From contig JAQFVV010000002.1 of assembly GCA_028023455.1 (NCBI GenBank), positions 30,194,001-30,258,000 of the forward strand: a DNA stretch of 64,000 nt, written 5' to 3'. Below the pieces are notes generated by a model, which had not been told where the DNA came from, did no database searches, and worked only from the letters and a program-made list of their open reading frames with translations. Origin of the DNA: Epiperipatus broadwayi. Lineage: Eukaryota > Animalia > Onychophora. The first letter of the stretch is position 1, and the number at the start of each line of letters is the position of its first letter. Shown here in pieces: positions 38,641 to 52,548 of the stretch. Made by a program: the position numbers and the translations under genes.

Positions 38641-40828
38641 ATGATTATATGAAGATATGCAAAGAAAGTGAAAGAGAAGAATAAAAGAACTAACTTTTAA
38701 TCCCGAGTCCTCACTAATAATGGGAAATGTCAAAAGTTTTCTGAGGGTAGAATTAAAATGCAGTACCATCTAATAACTATTCAATGATAAGGAGATGGCT
38801 GTTGTTTATATTTATATGTGAGTAAAGTATTTACACTTAAATGATAAACAGCTTTATCACTACAGGATAACGACCCCTCCAACAGCTCTTGCAGAGAAAT
38901 TGGGAAGAAGAAGGCAATACTCACCAGGATTATCAATTTCTGTTCTCTGTAATGAAAGTTTGAACATTTTTTTATCCTTTTTTTTTTTTACTCTAGCTAA
39001 ATTATGTTTGATATTTATTTACTAAGCAATATTGATATGATGAGCTTGGTTGGTTTTGGGTCAGCTATCTAATTAAAAAATCTTAAGTCTTTTGAAAATA
39101 AATTTTATTTAGCCCAGATTTGAACCCTAGGTTGTAGGCATAGCAGGCAGACATACTATCTCTGCATTTGTAGGCATATCCGTATGTATAATCTATTCTT
39201 CCACAGATTTGCCTATATATTATTATCTGTGTTGGGTGAATATATGGATGTGCTTTGAGTATGTATTAAAGTTAAATGGATAAACTAATTTGAATATTAA
39301 GTCACAGAAAAGCTTTTTGAAATTAAAAACAGGACATTTTATTATTTTATAATGTGTTAAAAAGTCTGATTTAAAAAAAAGTTATGCTAAGACTTACATC
39401 CATAAGCATCAAATGATTAATTTTTAAATATGAAATTTAAATTGGTATAAATTTGTTTAGATACATGAAGAATATTAGCATTAGTTCATAGGATTTTATG
39501 GAAAGCCATATCTCCAGAATGATTCTGGTTTAGTCGAAATGTATATTGTGGAGTTGATTTGCATTTTCCTAATGACTTTCACTAAAAAATAGTACATTTA
39601 AACAAAGCACATGAGTAAAAAGATGAAATTGTTGTTTAGATGACATCTTTAAATTAAAGTGAATGTCCTAAAATTGAGAAGATTAATAATTTCATCTATA
39701 AAGAGCATTACTGAATGTCTATAAATAATAATAGCATAATTAGATTACTATCTAAACATTTTAACACTTTGAAAACAAAGCTGGTAATTTAAATTGATAT
39801 AAATTGATGTAGGTTTACAAAGTACTATAATATTAGAACATAAATGATGTTTAGAGAAAAGACCATATGAATGAGAATTAAATTGTATACCATGGAGTGA
39901 TCTACGTATTTATGGAAGTAAAAATGGAATTGTAAGCTAGTTATTTAAAGATAAATAGTATGTATAGATAAAAATTAGTTTTATAATTAATTTTTTGTTT
40001 TTCAACTTTACAATTTAGAATTACATCTGCACTAAAGTTTAAAAAGGGAAACAGATAAATCTGTATTTTTTAAAATACTTATTTACTTACTGTAATTGCA
40101 AGTATTCGTAAATACGGCAAAATACTTTTTTTTTTTTGTTTTATTTTTTAAAAAATTACAAATTAACAAATATGACTAATGTTATATAATGTGTATGAAA
40201 TTTAATCAAGTTACTATAATTGATAGTTTATTAAAAAAATTATTTTTTTTAATAATAATCAAAAATAAAGATCTTTATGGTGTAATAGTTAGTGCATTAA
40301 ACTGCTTCTCCTGTGAACTAAAATTCAAATCAAAGTGGTTGTGAGGAACTTTTTAGATAGCTAAGGGTTTTCTAAGCAAATGTAATTTTTTTTTTACAGA
40401 TAGTTTAGAACTATTCTGTTCATTTACTATTCATTGGTAATAGGCACTAAGCTATATTTAGTTACGGAGTAAAGGTCCTAAGATATTGTAATTATAAGAA
40501 TGCACTCATCATAAAAGAAAAACTTGATCATAATAGAATATAACATTCTCAGTAATAAGAAAAGTGTCTTAATTTATGGCTTCTGAGCTTACTGTTTATC
40601 TTTATCTTTAATTAACTTTATAGTGGGTTTTACATTTTGGAATCAAATTATTAATTATAAGTTCTTTTGAAAACATTATGACTAACTAAGTAAATAAGAA
40701 TAAATGGTAATAAAACTGTTATTTACTTTGACGGAGGGGGGGGTGGTGTAAGAATATAATTAATAAATGGTTTTTTCTTTTACAAATTTTCTTTGTTTAT
40801 TTTTAATTTAATTATTTTTGTCCAATAG

Positions 40829-40986
40829 AAAGTCGCAAAAGAAAAAAAAAGAACTGGGAGGAAGATGATTATTATGATAGTGATGAAGATACCTACTTAG
40901 ATCGAACAGGTACCATCGAGAAGAAAAGAATGCAGAGGATAAGGCAGTCCGGAAAAGATGATCATGCAGAAACATATACTTCACTA
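40829..40986 (+). CDS. SLC4A1AP: Kanadaptin exon (ESRKRKKKNWEEDDYYDSDEDTYLDRTGTIEKKRMQRIRQSGKDDHAETYTSL), phase 1/0, includes basic NLS
   Basis: tttgtccaatAG / GTaagt. NWE..D.YDSD.DT.LDRTG.IEKKR motif. Confidence 0.96.
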
Positions 40987-41206
40987 GTAAGTTAGGATGA
41001 AATCAATATTTTGTTTAACATTGCAATAAAAGATAGTGAGATGTTATAAAAAGCATTGTTGAATAATAAAATAATCATTTAATTTATGTTATATTTCATT
41101 TTTGTCATATTCTGCACTTTTTTTTCTTATTATTATTATTATTTAAAGAGATTAAGAATAAACATGCATTCTTTATATACATGCTTTAAACGGAATATCT
41201 TTAATG

Positions 41207-41858
41207 CCGTATTTACTGGCGCATAGAACACTGCAGGATGTACCCCCCTTTTTTATACACATTTTAAAGAAAAAATAATAATTTTCTACATTTTTTTCAT
41301 GAATTTCCATAAACATTTATTGTACTAATTTTATAGTTATTTATGTCTACTAAAAATATAACTAGGGCGCACTATAATTAGGTAGCTTTTAATCTTCATT
41401 CTCAAAATCCAAAAATTTATCTCCAGAGCTAAACATTTTGAAGATTATCTCGTTTCTTAACTGTACGTTATTTACCTTGTGGATAGATTTATATTTTTGA
41501 GAGACCTTTATATATATATTTTAACCGTTTAATTTTGAAATAATTTTTTAAAAATTATGAGAATATTAAGTTATTTTGAATGTTTCGCTCTGAAATTAAT
41601 ATCATGATGAGAGTATATACGTATTGGTATGACCATATTGTGTAGCTATATATAGCTTACATGCATGTGTATTTGTAACAAAAAATTTTGTTTCACAAAA
41701 GGATAAAATGCAGTTGAATACTTCTACATATAAACCAGAAGTTTACGACTGATTGAAATTTCAACTCATAATTTTGATTATTGCCACAAAAGACGCACCC
41801 CATATTTTTGGCGTAATTTGAGGGGGGGAAAGTGTGACCTTTACGCCGGCAAATATGA
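41207..41858. mobile_element. pogo/Tc1-mariner-like MITE
   Basis: Ends CCGTATTTACTGGCGCATA...TTACGCCGGCAAATATGA(TA), subterminal GACGCACCCC typical of pogo-like MITEs; no ORF. Confidence 0.7.
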
Positions 41859-44819
41859 TATATTTTATCAATAATAATATCAAAAAATGTCTTTAAAGAA
41901 ATGTCAAGCAAATGAAATAGAAATAAATAGAAAGATATAATTATTGTTAAGTACTCTTCAAAACTCGATATTTGTCGGAAACAAATTTATTTTATTTGTT
42001 GAAAGTCATATTATTGATTTTACATCGTCCACTGACAAAAAAACATTCCAAAGCAGCAAGAAAATGTTACATGACTTGTTAGTTGTTTACGTCTAACATT
42101 TAACAAAAATTAATACAATATCATTCTTGTAATTTAAAAGCAATTAAATTTTAAAGACTGCATTCAATCTGTAACTATCTTTCTTATTTTTCAGTAAGTA
42201 GTTTAAGTTGTAGGTCATTTTAATCTGTGTAGTTATGATATATTGGGATTGAAAATTATTTCTCCAAATATACCGAAGTGAACAGTAACTGGAGTATGTG
42301 TCCCTAAATAGATTTGTGCTACAAAGGAAATGATGAAATGTTACGCAAATATCAACTTATAGAAATAATAAAGATTGAAATGACAGAAAAATTACAATTA
42401 TTTCAATTAATAATTATTTTGTTTTAAATAAATACTACTTTAAATAGAAACTGTCTAAGCTAATGAAATAGATTGCTTAGTATGATTCTAATATAGAAAT
42501 CTGTGGTTAAATTTTTAAATTTAGCTAAAGAAAAAATAATATAATTTATAGCATAAAATAAGTCTTTTTCATTAATGTATTGAAAGTCAATTACTATTGT
42601 TTATTTTGAATCAAAAAAGGGGCTAAAGGAATCAATTTTCATTAAAAAAATTATTTCTCTCCCTGATTAAAGAATTTAACCTTATATTGCTTTGCTTTGT
42701 GAATGTAAAAAAAAAAATATTATTGTATTTGAAAATTATTATCAGCATTTTTATTAATTAAAGGAAATTCAATCTTGAGATACTGAGCTGTAGATGTCTG
42801 GGTAATTCCTATCCATGGTTACAAATATTGAGACACAGATTACCTCGGGAACTTGCCAAGACAAAAAAAGATAATGTTGCTCACAGGACTATGCCAGTTA
42901 AATTTGTAGTCATAATAAAATGCATGCCGACAGAATTTTCATGATGACCATTAGATTGTTAAGAGGCCACATCTCCTTGCTGCTTTCTTGGGATTTGAAC
43001 ATGTAACTGTCTGATTGTAGCCTAATCAGTGAGTTATTGCTTAAGTTGTTCATATGGGAAATAAGCATGTATTACGTGCATATATAGAAATATAAGTTTG
43101 CTATATGGCCAAGAAGCAATTATTCGCATATATAATGCACATACAGAAAGAAGAAACCAACAACATTGTAAATGAATCACAGTCTGAGTTATTTTATTGA
43201 ATTTTTTCATAGGAAAAATAAATACAGTGTAAACATACTTTTGACAAAAATAATTTTATTTTCTTGATTTATGAAAGAAAAAAAAATATTTTCATAAATG
43301 TGCAAAATAAATTTATTTTAAAGTTCTAATGAATTAGAATAAAAGATGATGGAATTGAAAAGAAATAGGATTTTTCAAGATGTTGTAGAAATTTAGCTAT
43401 AACCTAAAAGGAGATTTGGCATAGATGATATTACTATAATGGTCAAATATCGAATACAATTTATTTGTCCATAATGTTGTCACAAATATATAAATAAATA
43501 TTCAATCAAAATAAGATTGAAATAAACAACTATTAATAGACAATATTGTTTGAGAAAGTTATTTAAAGTAAAAAAAGATTATATGCATTACTTCTTTAAA
43601 AAAAGATTTTTAAATCTAAAGAATTTTCTTAGTTAATTCTATTCTAAATCAATTTTATTAAAGTTAATCATTAAACAAAGCCATAAATATGTTGAATATA
43701 TATGTAAATTATTACATAGTTAATATTAATATATCCATAATCATTCAACGTATAGACATTCGAAAATAATTACATTTTTTTTTTATTAAAATAATATAAG
43801 TACTCGTAGTTTAGATAATCAATTTAAACATTTCAAATTTCTTTTAACATATTGCAAAGTACATGTATGTTTGTCCATTTCTATGTTAGCTTCAAATATA
43901 ATCATTTTAAAATTGTTGAATACAATAAACCAAATCATATTTACTGCCTGCATACTGCTTTTTTCCTGACTTGTATATATATATATATTTAAGAATTATT
44001 TTGTAATCATTTAAAAATGTCAGGATTGACTGGATTATCTGTTGATTAAATTAGCACAATAACAGGATTAAGGACAATTTAATTATTCTGTTTACCAATA
44101 AATTTATTAAATATTTAGCTAAATTAAGCTGTCTATAATTTCATATCTATATTTTTCGTCCACATATTGTATATTTTGTTTATATGACTTTTGACTCTCT
44201 TGCTTTATACCTGGTAATGATAATAGTCTATGTCTGTGTGTGTCGATTCTATATGGTTCTCTCTGAGCATTATATAAATAATGCCCATTTTTAATCATCA
44301 TCATAACAATTAGCATTACCGGGAGTCTACATGTATAATACAATTGATTGCCAAGAAATATTATGATCATAGCAAATCAATAATGTTGGTATACTTAATA
44401 TTTATTAGTGAACATATGTTTAATAGAGACTCTTTGTGTATGTAGTAATTCGTTATGGTGTTTATTCACTGCAAATTGGTTATCCAGATAAATAATTGCA
44501 TTCAGCTCATTTATTTAAACCACATGTATATTTGATACGTATGTGCTTCATATCTTACCACTACATGTGCCGCTAACCATCATATTTACCAAACTGTATA
44601 TTGTTTAAATTTTCAGTGCGGCAACAAGTGGCCAGATACATTCTAATCCTTACTCCATTTAGTAGTCCATCACTTAGTACTTTTCAGAGACTGATACGAA
44701 GTCTGAGTATTTCTTATTGGACATGTCTGACTGTTGTGGTTACAAATTATTTTTAATGTATGTATTTATATTTTTATTCTGTTGCATTTTTATATATGTT
44801 ATATATTTTGTATATTTAG

Positions 44820-44892
44820 ACAAAGAAATATGAACTTATCCAAAGAGAAATTGACCAAGTTCAGTCAAGGCTGTTACAAGCTGCAGAACAAA
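44820..44892 (+). CDS. SLC4A1AP: Kanadaptin exon (TKKYELIQREIDQVQSRLLQAAEQ), phase 0/1, coiled coil
   Basis: ttttgtatatttAG / GTtagt. The 73 nt bridge the phases of the flanking exons exactly; helical heptad-like sequence. Confidence 0.85.
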
Positions 44893-47274
44893 GTTAGTAT
44901 TTTTATTTCTTTTGATGGGGGAAAAATTAAAAATTTAGAAAAAAGAAAGTTAATAAGTAATGAAAATTATACTTTAAAAAATTTACTGCTGTTTTAATTT
45001 AAATTTTACATAATAGATTTGAAAATTATTTCCTTCCTGTTATCGTAACATAATTGTAATTTAAGAAAAAAAAATCCTTTTCAACTGCACGTTTAAGGTC
45101 TCATCACATTTAATCCAGTTTTTCCAATTCTTTGCCTCTCTTATCCACAGTATAATAGCAAACTTATTTATTTCTGCCATGCAGCTCACACATGGTCACT
45201 TTCTAGATCTTTTAAATCTCGTGGGATCCAATTTAAAACTTCATTTGCATGAAAAAAAAGGATATTTAATAGTTTTGTTATCATATTATGATTAAGTCAG
45301 ATTTTACAAGAAATTATATTCAAATAAATTGTATTTTTTTATTTTTATTATTAGTAAAATTGTTATTTGATTAAGGATAATGATGAGAAGAAAAAAAAGA
45401 ACTGGTAGATAAGTTTAAGATTAAATATTTAAAGTTTTTACTCAGGGTGTTGAAAAGATAATAATAAGCAAAAATGTAAGCACTGATTTATATCTCTGAC
45501 TATTTTTCTTAAAGAGACATATGCATGATATTATATTTCAACATTTTTATAAAACTATTCCTGTTATTTAGGTCAGTAAGAGTGTTGGGAAGTTATTGTT
45601 CTTATTTGTAAAGGACCCTGAAATTGGAAAGTATGTATTTTTAAAAATCATGTTCAATAAATTCTTAAAATTTACTGTGTTTATTTCTGAATTGTTCTGA
45701 ACTATAGAAATATATTTTTATAAGTATCATATCTACTCAGCTTTTCAGACAGCATTTATCAAATTTCTCCGCTTCTCCCAGGAATTTTCACACATTTTGT
45801 TAATCTGTTGTAGCTTATTTCTCAAGATGTTAAAGAATTAAGTTCAAAGTAGGTTAAAAGTGAGCTATGAATTTTCTTTTACAGCTTTTAGAATGGCACC
45901 GTTTAATGCATTTTGTGTATTCAGATCTCATTAGAAAATCATGTGATGAGTATTTGGACCATATTCTGCGAAGATATTTTAATTATAAAGCAGCTGCCAT
46001 TTCCGAATTTAGCCATTTTTTTTTCGTTCGTGTATTATTACAGTTTAAGAAATTTGAATTATTTTTTTCTTGTATACATTATAATTGGAAAGTCAGTGGT
46101 GGTAATTGTCCTTATACACTACAGACTTAAGTCACATTTTTTATAGTTTTGAAGTGACTGAATGTTTTACCGATTTTGATATATGATTTTTTTTTTTAAA
46201 TATGAATTCTTTTAAAGTCACTGATTCTTAGTTTTGAAACTTCTCACAAGGTGTGGAAATCCTTTTTCATATTTATTATGAATATGTATATGTACTGCTT
46301 GTTGTGAAACATTAAAGATATTTTTGTAATTATAAATAGATGTGTTTCTCAGTATTGTTTAGATTAATTTTTTTTAGTGAAATTGATTGGTACATTGTGA
46401 TTTTTTTTTAACAAAAATGGTCTTTTTTATTATATTTGTTTAATAATGAAAGATTTGGCAATATTTTCCAGGATTTTTACTTTTATAAATTAAGGTCTGC
46501 ATTTGTCTGTGTTTTTTTTATTGCTGTGTGCAAAGTGATATGATTTAAAGATTATTTTAAAGCTAGAATCTTTTTTTTTTTTTATCTCTTGGTCAATTTT
46601 AAAAATCTTTTTTAGATTGCCAACACCATCAATACTCGGAAAATGTATTTGATCTATATGAATTTATGATATATTTTTATTTGCACATGCTTTCTCCTCG
46701 ATTCTTTATAATTTTAAACATAAGCGTTGCTTTTGGTTGTTCACTGACTATTTGTATACTATAATGATAAATGACATATCACTTTTCCTTGTCTTTGATA
46801 AATTTTAGTTTTAAATATAACATTTTCTTTTAAATTTAAAGATATGGATATCTTACTGTAATATTAGAAAATGTGTTACGATAACCGAGTATAAATTTAT
46901 CATATGCTAATACTAAAACAGACCTTGGAGTTTTAAACATTAACATTTTTTTTTAAGCTTGAATATTGTGAAAGGGTGTTTGTTATTTTAGGAACTTCTT
47001 GTTCCTGAAGTAACTAAGGTTTTTATCAATTTATTCATTTTTTTCTGTTACGATGGTATGAAACGTTATTGAATGGAGATATGATAAATAAGGAACTCCT
47101 GCAAATCAAAAATGATAGAAGTGAAATTCTTTGTGCACAGAAGAGAAATATAAATAGAAAAATTTTAAATCATAATTTAATCAGATTTGATTGAAAATTG
47201 ATTAACATTATGCTTTGTTTGCCGTTATTCAATTTCTAAAATATTTGTTTAATTTTGATTTTTTATTTCTAAAG

Positions 47275-47461
47275 GAAGTGAAGTTGCTGGAGATGATGAT
47301 GAACTTGATGTTTATATGTCAAATGTTAAAGCAGGGAGAATTTTAGATAAAAAGGATCAAGTTAAACTGAAGTTACAGTTGCAGGACTTACAGAGAGAAG
47401 AACAGAGACTTCAACGACTTATATCATTTGCAAAACCTACAGCCCTCCCAGAGCTTAATGT
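47275..47461 (+). CDS. SLC4A1AP: Kanadaptin exon (SEVAGDDDELDVYMSNVKAGRILDKKDQVKLKLQLQDLQREEQRLQRLISFAKPTALPELN), phase 1/2
   Basis: ttttatttctaaAG / GTaagt. Resembles human D.LDAFMS..K..LD...K.HL...L..E.QRL..LI...KP..PEL. Confidence 0.93.
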
Positions 47462-47519
47462 GTAAGTTGTTCTATATCGAAGACACAAGTGAATACTCTT
47501 TTGTTGTTGTTTAATCTGT

Positions 47520-49180
47520 ATATGTATCTATAAGCATTTAATTAGAATATTTTCATGGACATTATATTCAAAGTATAATAGGAATTTTTATGCATTTATG
47601 TGGTAAACTTCAGCTAAGGTGAAATTTGGCAAGCAGGCAATTAAAACAGGCAATTGCAAACTCAAATTGTAACATCCAATAATAATATTTGTGTCTGTCT
47701 TAGTTTTAAATTAAAAGTGGAAGCAATTTTAGCTTAGTATTCTAGATTTATGAGAATTGTAAGTTAGATATATGGAATTTACATATATGAAAACTGGAAG
47801 ATTACAGTTTCCTAAGTATAATGTGGAAGTATTAGCTTTGTTTAAACTGTAATCTAACAACAATAAATATACACAACAGGTATATAGCAAAGTTAATGAT
47901 TAGTTTGCTTAGTTAGCTTTTAACCGTTATGAGTCATAGACATAGCAATAGTTGTAATGGGGAATGGATGCGTATATATATTGTTCATGCTAATTTACAT
48001 ATGATTTATATATAGCAGGGAATCTCAGGCCAAACTATTAACTTGCATTGCACAACACGCTTATCTTTATAATAAGGCAAAAACAAGCAATGAAAACGTT
48101 CAATCCTTTTCGAACATTTCTCAACTGGACACACCATTGTTCCATCCTCGGTCAACATCGCTAAACAAAAGATTAAGGAAGCTTGGCACATTTCTAAAGA
48201 CAAATATGCTATTAACAAGAAAAAATTCTGCGTTTTATTGTCTAAGAAATTGCCTAGCCATCTATATAACACTATATGTATATTAGCACAAACAATATAT
48301 ATACACGTTCTTTTCCCATTACAACTTGCTACATCTATGACTCATAACGGCCAAAAGCTAGCTAAGCAAACTAAACCAAACTACTCGTTAAAGCTTTGCT
48401 ATATATGTACTGTGTAAATTTCCTAAATATTTTTCACAAATAAATATGTTCTTTCAATAAAACATCAAACGTTTTTACAGTCTTTGTAGATGTTAAATAC
48501 TAAGAAAAATTTTATTTATAAAGTCTGCGAAAAATTGTTTAATTAATATTTATAAATTTTTATGGGAAAGATTCATTAACTTTGAAAAATATTTAGAAAA
48601 TGTGTTCTTCCAGTTTTCACACTTATAAAGAATGTTTTTCTGACTTACAACTATTATAATATCTAAATTACTAAGCTTAAAGTGGCTCATTTTAAAAGAA
48701 AAGTCTGATAACTAGATGACATGATTTCGTTTGCAGTTGCCAATTTTGATTGGTTATTTGCCAAATTACACCATAGCTGGAATTTATCTAGTTAACTACA
48801 TGGAAATTGTTATTATACTTTGAATATTTACATTTATAAAAACTATGAATATCTTATTAATATATATATAATTCTTATGGGTGAGTCTTATTTTTTTTGT
48901 GAAAAATATTTAAGAATTAATAACTTTCCAGTTTTCAGACATGTAAAGTATATTACTACTTGCTTTACAATTTTTATAATATCTAGAATAGAAAGTTAAA
49001 TATGATTCTACTTTTAGTTTAAAGGTAAGTCGGACAAAAATATTATTACTAGAGGGGATGATTTTGGATTGCAATTGTCCGTTTTAATTGGTTATTTGCC
49101 TAATCATTCCAATGCTGAAGCTTATTTAAGTAAATACACATAAATTCTTATTTTACTTTGAATATTTGTATATAAAAAAC
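47520..49180. repeat. Older repeat family: one inverted copy (~47520-47800) and two tandem copies (~48600-48850, ~48925-49180) around the Penelope insertion
   Basis: Shared TTCCAGTTTTCA..., TTGGTTATTTGCC and TACTTTGAATATTT segments. Confidence 0.5.
47870..48420 (+). mobile_element. Penelope-like GIY-YIG fragment flanked by inverted pLTR-like arms
   Basis: 48010-48270 reads RESQAKLLTCIAQHAYLYNKA..GHTI..KIKEAWHI..AINKK with one frameshift; arms 47870-48000 and 48280-48420. Confidence 0.75.
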
Positions 49181-49649
49181 AAATTTTTTTGGTTATAATA
49201 GTAATCCGATTAGATTTTTTTTTTTTTCAAAAATAAATAATAAAATAAAAAATGTAAAACAATCGTAAAAAAAACTTATTGCAAGGCAAAAACACATCTA
49301 GTGGTTCTCCGAAAGGAAACAGTGAATAAACAGGGCATTATTCATAAGATTTGTGAACTATCATTGGGTGAGCATTTAAGATTTTTTTTTGTTTTACTCT
49401 TTGGCAAAAAAAACCAACTATCTATCCATTTGCGGATCAATAATTTGATGGTTAACTGAATTGACTATGGGGTGGGTATTTGAAAGAATAATCTTTAGCC
49501 TGCTTGTTAACTGAAAAAATTTCCAAACTTCACTTAGCTTGATTTGGAAACCAAATCATAGGCATAGGGTGGATCCAATAATCAGTATGCTATGAGGGAT
49601 TTCAAATAATTATCATTTTTATTCTTTACTGATCTACCGCAAAATGAAA

Positions 49650-49950
49650 ACCTAAGTTTAATCCAATTTTTCTGATTTACAGCTTCTCCATATTGTAGTA
49701 ACAAACTTCCTTATTTAATACACTTGATTTCTTTGTATATCTTTTATAAATTCTTAAGATTCAATTTAAAACTTCAACTGTCCATTTTTTGTCATCTCTT
49801 CTAACAATATTTCCATTCGGTCTCTTAATATTTTCAATGATGTCAATGGTATCTGTTTGTTGTCTCACCCAAGGATTTTGCTTTTGATCTACTTGGCTAT
49901 CTGTAATCGATTTTCTCTTTACTCGTTTCTTTAAAATACTCTGTCTACAT
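49650..49950 (-). mobile_element. Older degraded RTE-clade fragment
   Basis: Minus frame WVRQQTDTIDIIENIKR..GNIVRRDDKKWTVEVLN. Confidence 0.65.
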
Positions 49951-50074
49951 TAGGAAAAAATTTTGAGATAATTAATTGATGAATTTAAAATTCAATTTAC
50001 TTTATGTACTTAAAATCTACATTCATAAAGAGTTCAAAAATATAACCAGAAAACTAAAAGATAAAAATGAAACC

Positions 50075-50250
50075 AGACCATAGGAAAGATTGCACATCGA
50101 TCACGCAGGGCCGATTACAGGGGAAATGATTTTAATAATAATAGACATGTTCTCAAAGTGAATTGAGTGCCACGAAGTTAAAAATACAAGCACAGAAGAA
50201 ACAAAGTGTTTGGATAAAGTATTTGCAATGCATGGATTACCAGAAACCAT
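50075..50250 (+). pseudogene. Gypsy-type LTR retrotransposon integrase core relic
   Basis: RP*ERLHIDHAGPITGEMILIIIDMFSK*IECHEVKNTST..VFAMHGLPET; two in-frame stops at expected Trp positions. Confidence 0.85.
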
Positions 50251-50624
50251 GCAATTAATTAGTTTATTATATATATCTTTTCATCTGAATTGTAGTCAAT
50301 AAGTACTTTAGAATATCACTTTTTGTATTTCTTTCATGATTAGATTTATATGGTAAATATTATGCCATGTGTGTGGAAGATAGGGTCTGTAAAGAGTGAT
50401 TTTGATTTTGTCACAAAATAGTCTTGTCTCAAAAACGCTTAAGAAGGCCTTTAGATAAATATATAAAATTTCTTTTAACTGTTGCCTTTGATAGAGTAGC
50501 CTAGATGGTTAGAGCGTCATTTTAAATGCAATCACACCAGTAATACCTAAGGTGAATAATATCGATCAAAATGAAAGTTTACGTTGAATGTACTCTAAAT
50601 TCATTTCCTAAGTAGAGGTATTTG

Positions 50625-51330
50625 AAATTAGGATTTTTTAGTTTATATTCATCCGCCACTCTATCTCTAGCATCGGATACACATGACAACATACATGTGA
50701 AAAAGATAGATTATCCCTAATATACATATTTCGTGCAGAACCAGGTCTCATCAGTAGGAGCAGATCATAATCTCACCTTGATATATATATAATCAGTGCT
50801 CGGGTTTTTTAAAGATAGAAATCCCTTAAACTAATGGACAGGCTTCAATATTCTTATTCTTCCAACTATTCCATTGTCCATTTCGTTGAAAAACCGACAA
50901 TGAAACATTCAAAGTTGTTATTGGATTTGATATTGTAGTCATACTTTCTTCTATTAATATATATGGATATATAATGGTCTGATAAAATGAGGGGGTAGAT
51001 TGACATGATGTCTACATGGTATGACTACAATATCAAGTCCAGTAAGGGCTTTGAGCATTTCTTCATCAGTTTTTCAATGAAATGAACAGTTGAATAATCG
51101 AAAGGTTGAGAATATTGAAGCCTGTCCATTAAAGTTTAAGGAATTGCTATCTTAATATAAACCGAGCACTGATTGAATATATGTGTGTGAGATTATGATC
51201 TGGCCCAACTGATGAGTGCTTGTATTGGGGATCATCAATTTTTTTCACTTATATGTGGTCATGTGTATTGGTGCTCGAGTAAAGTGGATGATGAATATAG
51301 ACTGAAAAATCCTAAATTCAAATCCCTTTA
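50625..51330 (+). mobile_element. Family C fold-back copy 3
   Basis: Inverted arms; hammerhead motif 50717-50758 on minus (CUGAUGA..GCAC-GAAA); the plus-arm motif is partly deleted. Confidence 0.7.
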
Positions 51331-51518
51331 CTTACAAAATGAAAATTGTATTCTATACTAATCTTATAATTTTTCTAATAATTCAATTAGATCACGGAAA
51401 CAGTCCAATATGAAACTACATGAAATGTCTGCAGTCTTATTTAATTATTATTATTATTTTTATTTCATATTAACCTTTTTTTATTCTCAATTGTGTATGT
51501 CATTTTAAATTTTTTTAG

Positions 51519-51648
51519 AAATACTGCGAGTACATCTGGTTTTAATATGAAAAAATCTTCTGAAGTGTCTAGCACAAGTAACAGGAAAACTCTTCCTATG
51601 ACTGGATCCATGAAAGGTTATGGCAAAAATAAATTGAGACTCAATCAG
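51519..51648 (+). CDS. SLC4A1AP: Kanadaptin exon (NTASTSGFNMKKSSEVSSTSNRKTLPMTGSMKGYGKNKLRLNQ), phase 2/0
   Basis: tttttttAG / GTaaaa. Phase consistent; LPMTGSMKG..K.KL resembles human LPLFGAMKGGSKFKL. Confidence 0.88.
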
Positions 51649-52194
51649 GTAAAATTATTTTAACTTGTAAATTGATATTATTAATTCGCTACTTTTATAA
51701 AGGTTATATATGCAGTAGAAGAGAAAGGAAGTTGTTGTAAAGGAAACATTTTTACAATATGTTTAATTGTTGATTAAAATAAATTAAAGAGCTGATGTTA
51801 TTTTTTTATGTTTTAAGTTTTGCTAAAAGCAATTATCATGTAACTATCTTATTTTACATTTGACAGTGGCGGTAGGAACAATAATCCACCCTATATTACT
51901 ATTCTACAATGTTGAAAGTTTCAAATTATTTGCTTCAGTATTGCCAAAGTAAATAAAAGTGGCTACTGGGTAGATATGTACAGTTTAGTGTTTTAATTTC
52001 GAGCCAAGATAATTTGAAAATCTAGATTGCTCTAAAATAGATTACCTCTTTTAATATATATATTTTAAATTAATAGTGTTGTATATTGAATTTAGTATAT
52101 ACATTATACTTGCATTCAAATAGAACAGATTGAGCCTGAATTCTGCCATTCCTCTTCTGTATATTTAAATGGACATATTAAGATCCTATATACG

Positions 52195-52548
52195 AGGGGT
52201 CAGAGTGACTTACAAGTCAACATGGATATGATAACATTATTGGTATCAACAAGAGTTTTGAGCATTCCATCATCAGATTTTCAATACTATGGATGGCTGA
52301 AGAGTTAGAGGGTGGAGAAGCCTGTTCATTAAAGTTTGAAAATTTCTTATCCTAATATGGACTGAGCATTTATATATATATGTATGGGAAATGATGATCT
52401 TGACCAACTGAAGAGTGCTGGTTCAGCACAAAGTATGTACATTAGAGATCATTTGACTTTTTCACATGTATGTAGTCATGTGTATTGGTTATATAAGATG
52501 GAGTGGATAGTGGAAGGGAGCTTAAAAGTCTATGTTCAAATCCCCTCC
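52195..52548 (+). mobile_element. Family C sense-only copy 4
   Basis: Colinear with 50990-51330; hammerhead motif 52404-52445. Confidence 0.65.

Noticed and set aside
44617-44700. Cryptic exon after aattttcAG
   Set aside because: In-frame stop after 9 codons, weak donor, no homology; the gene is already phase-complete without it.
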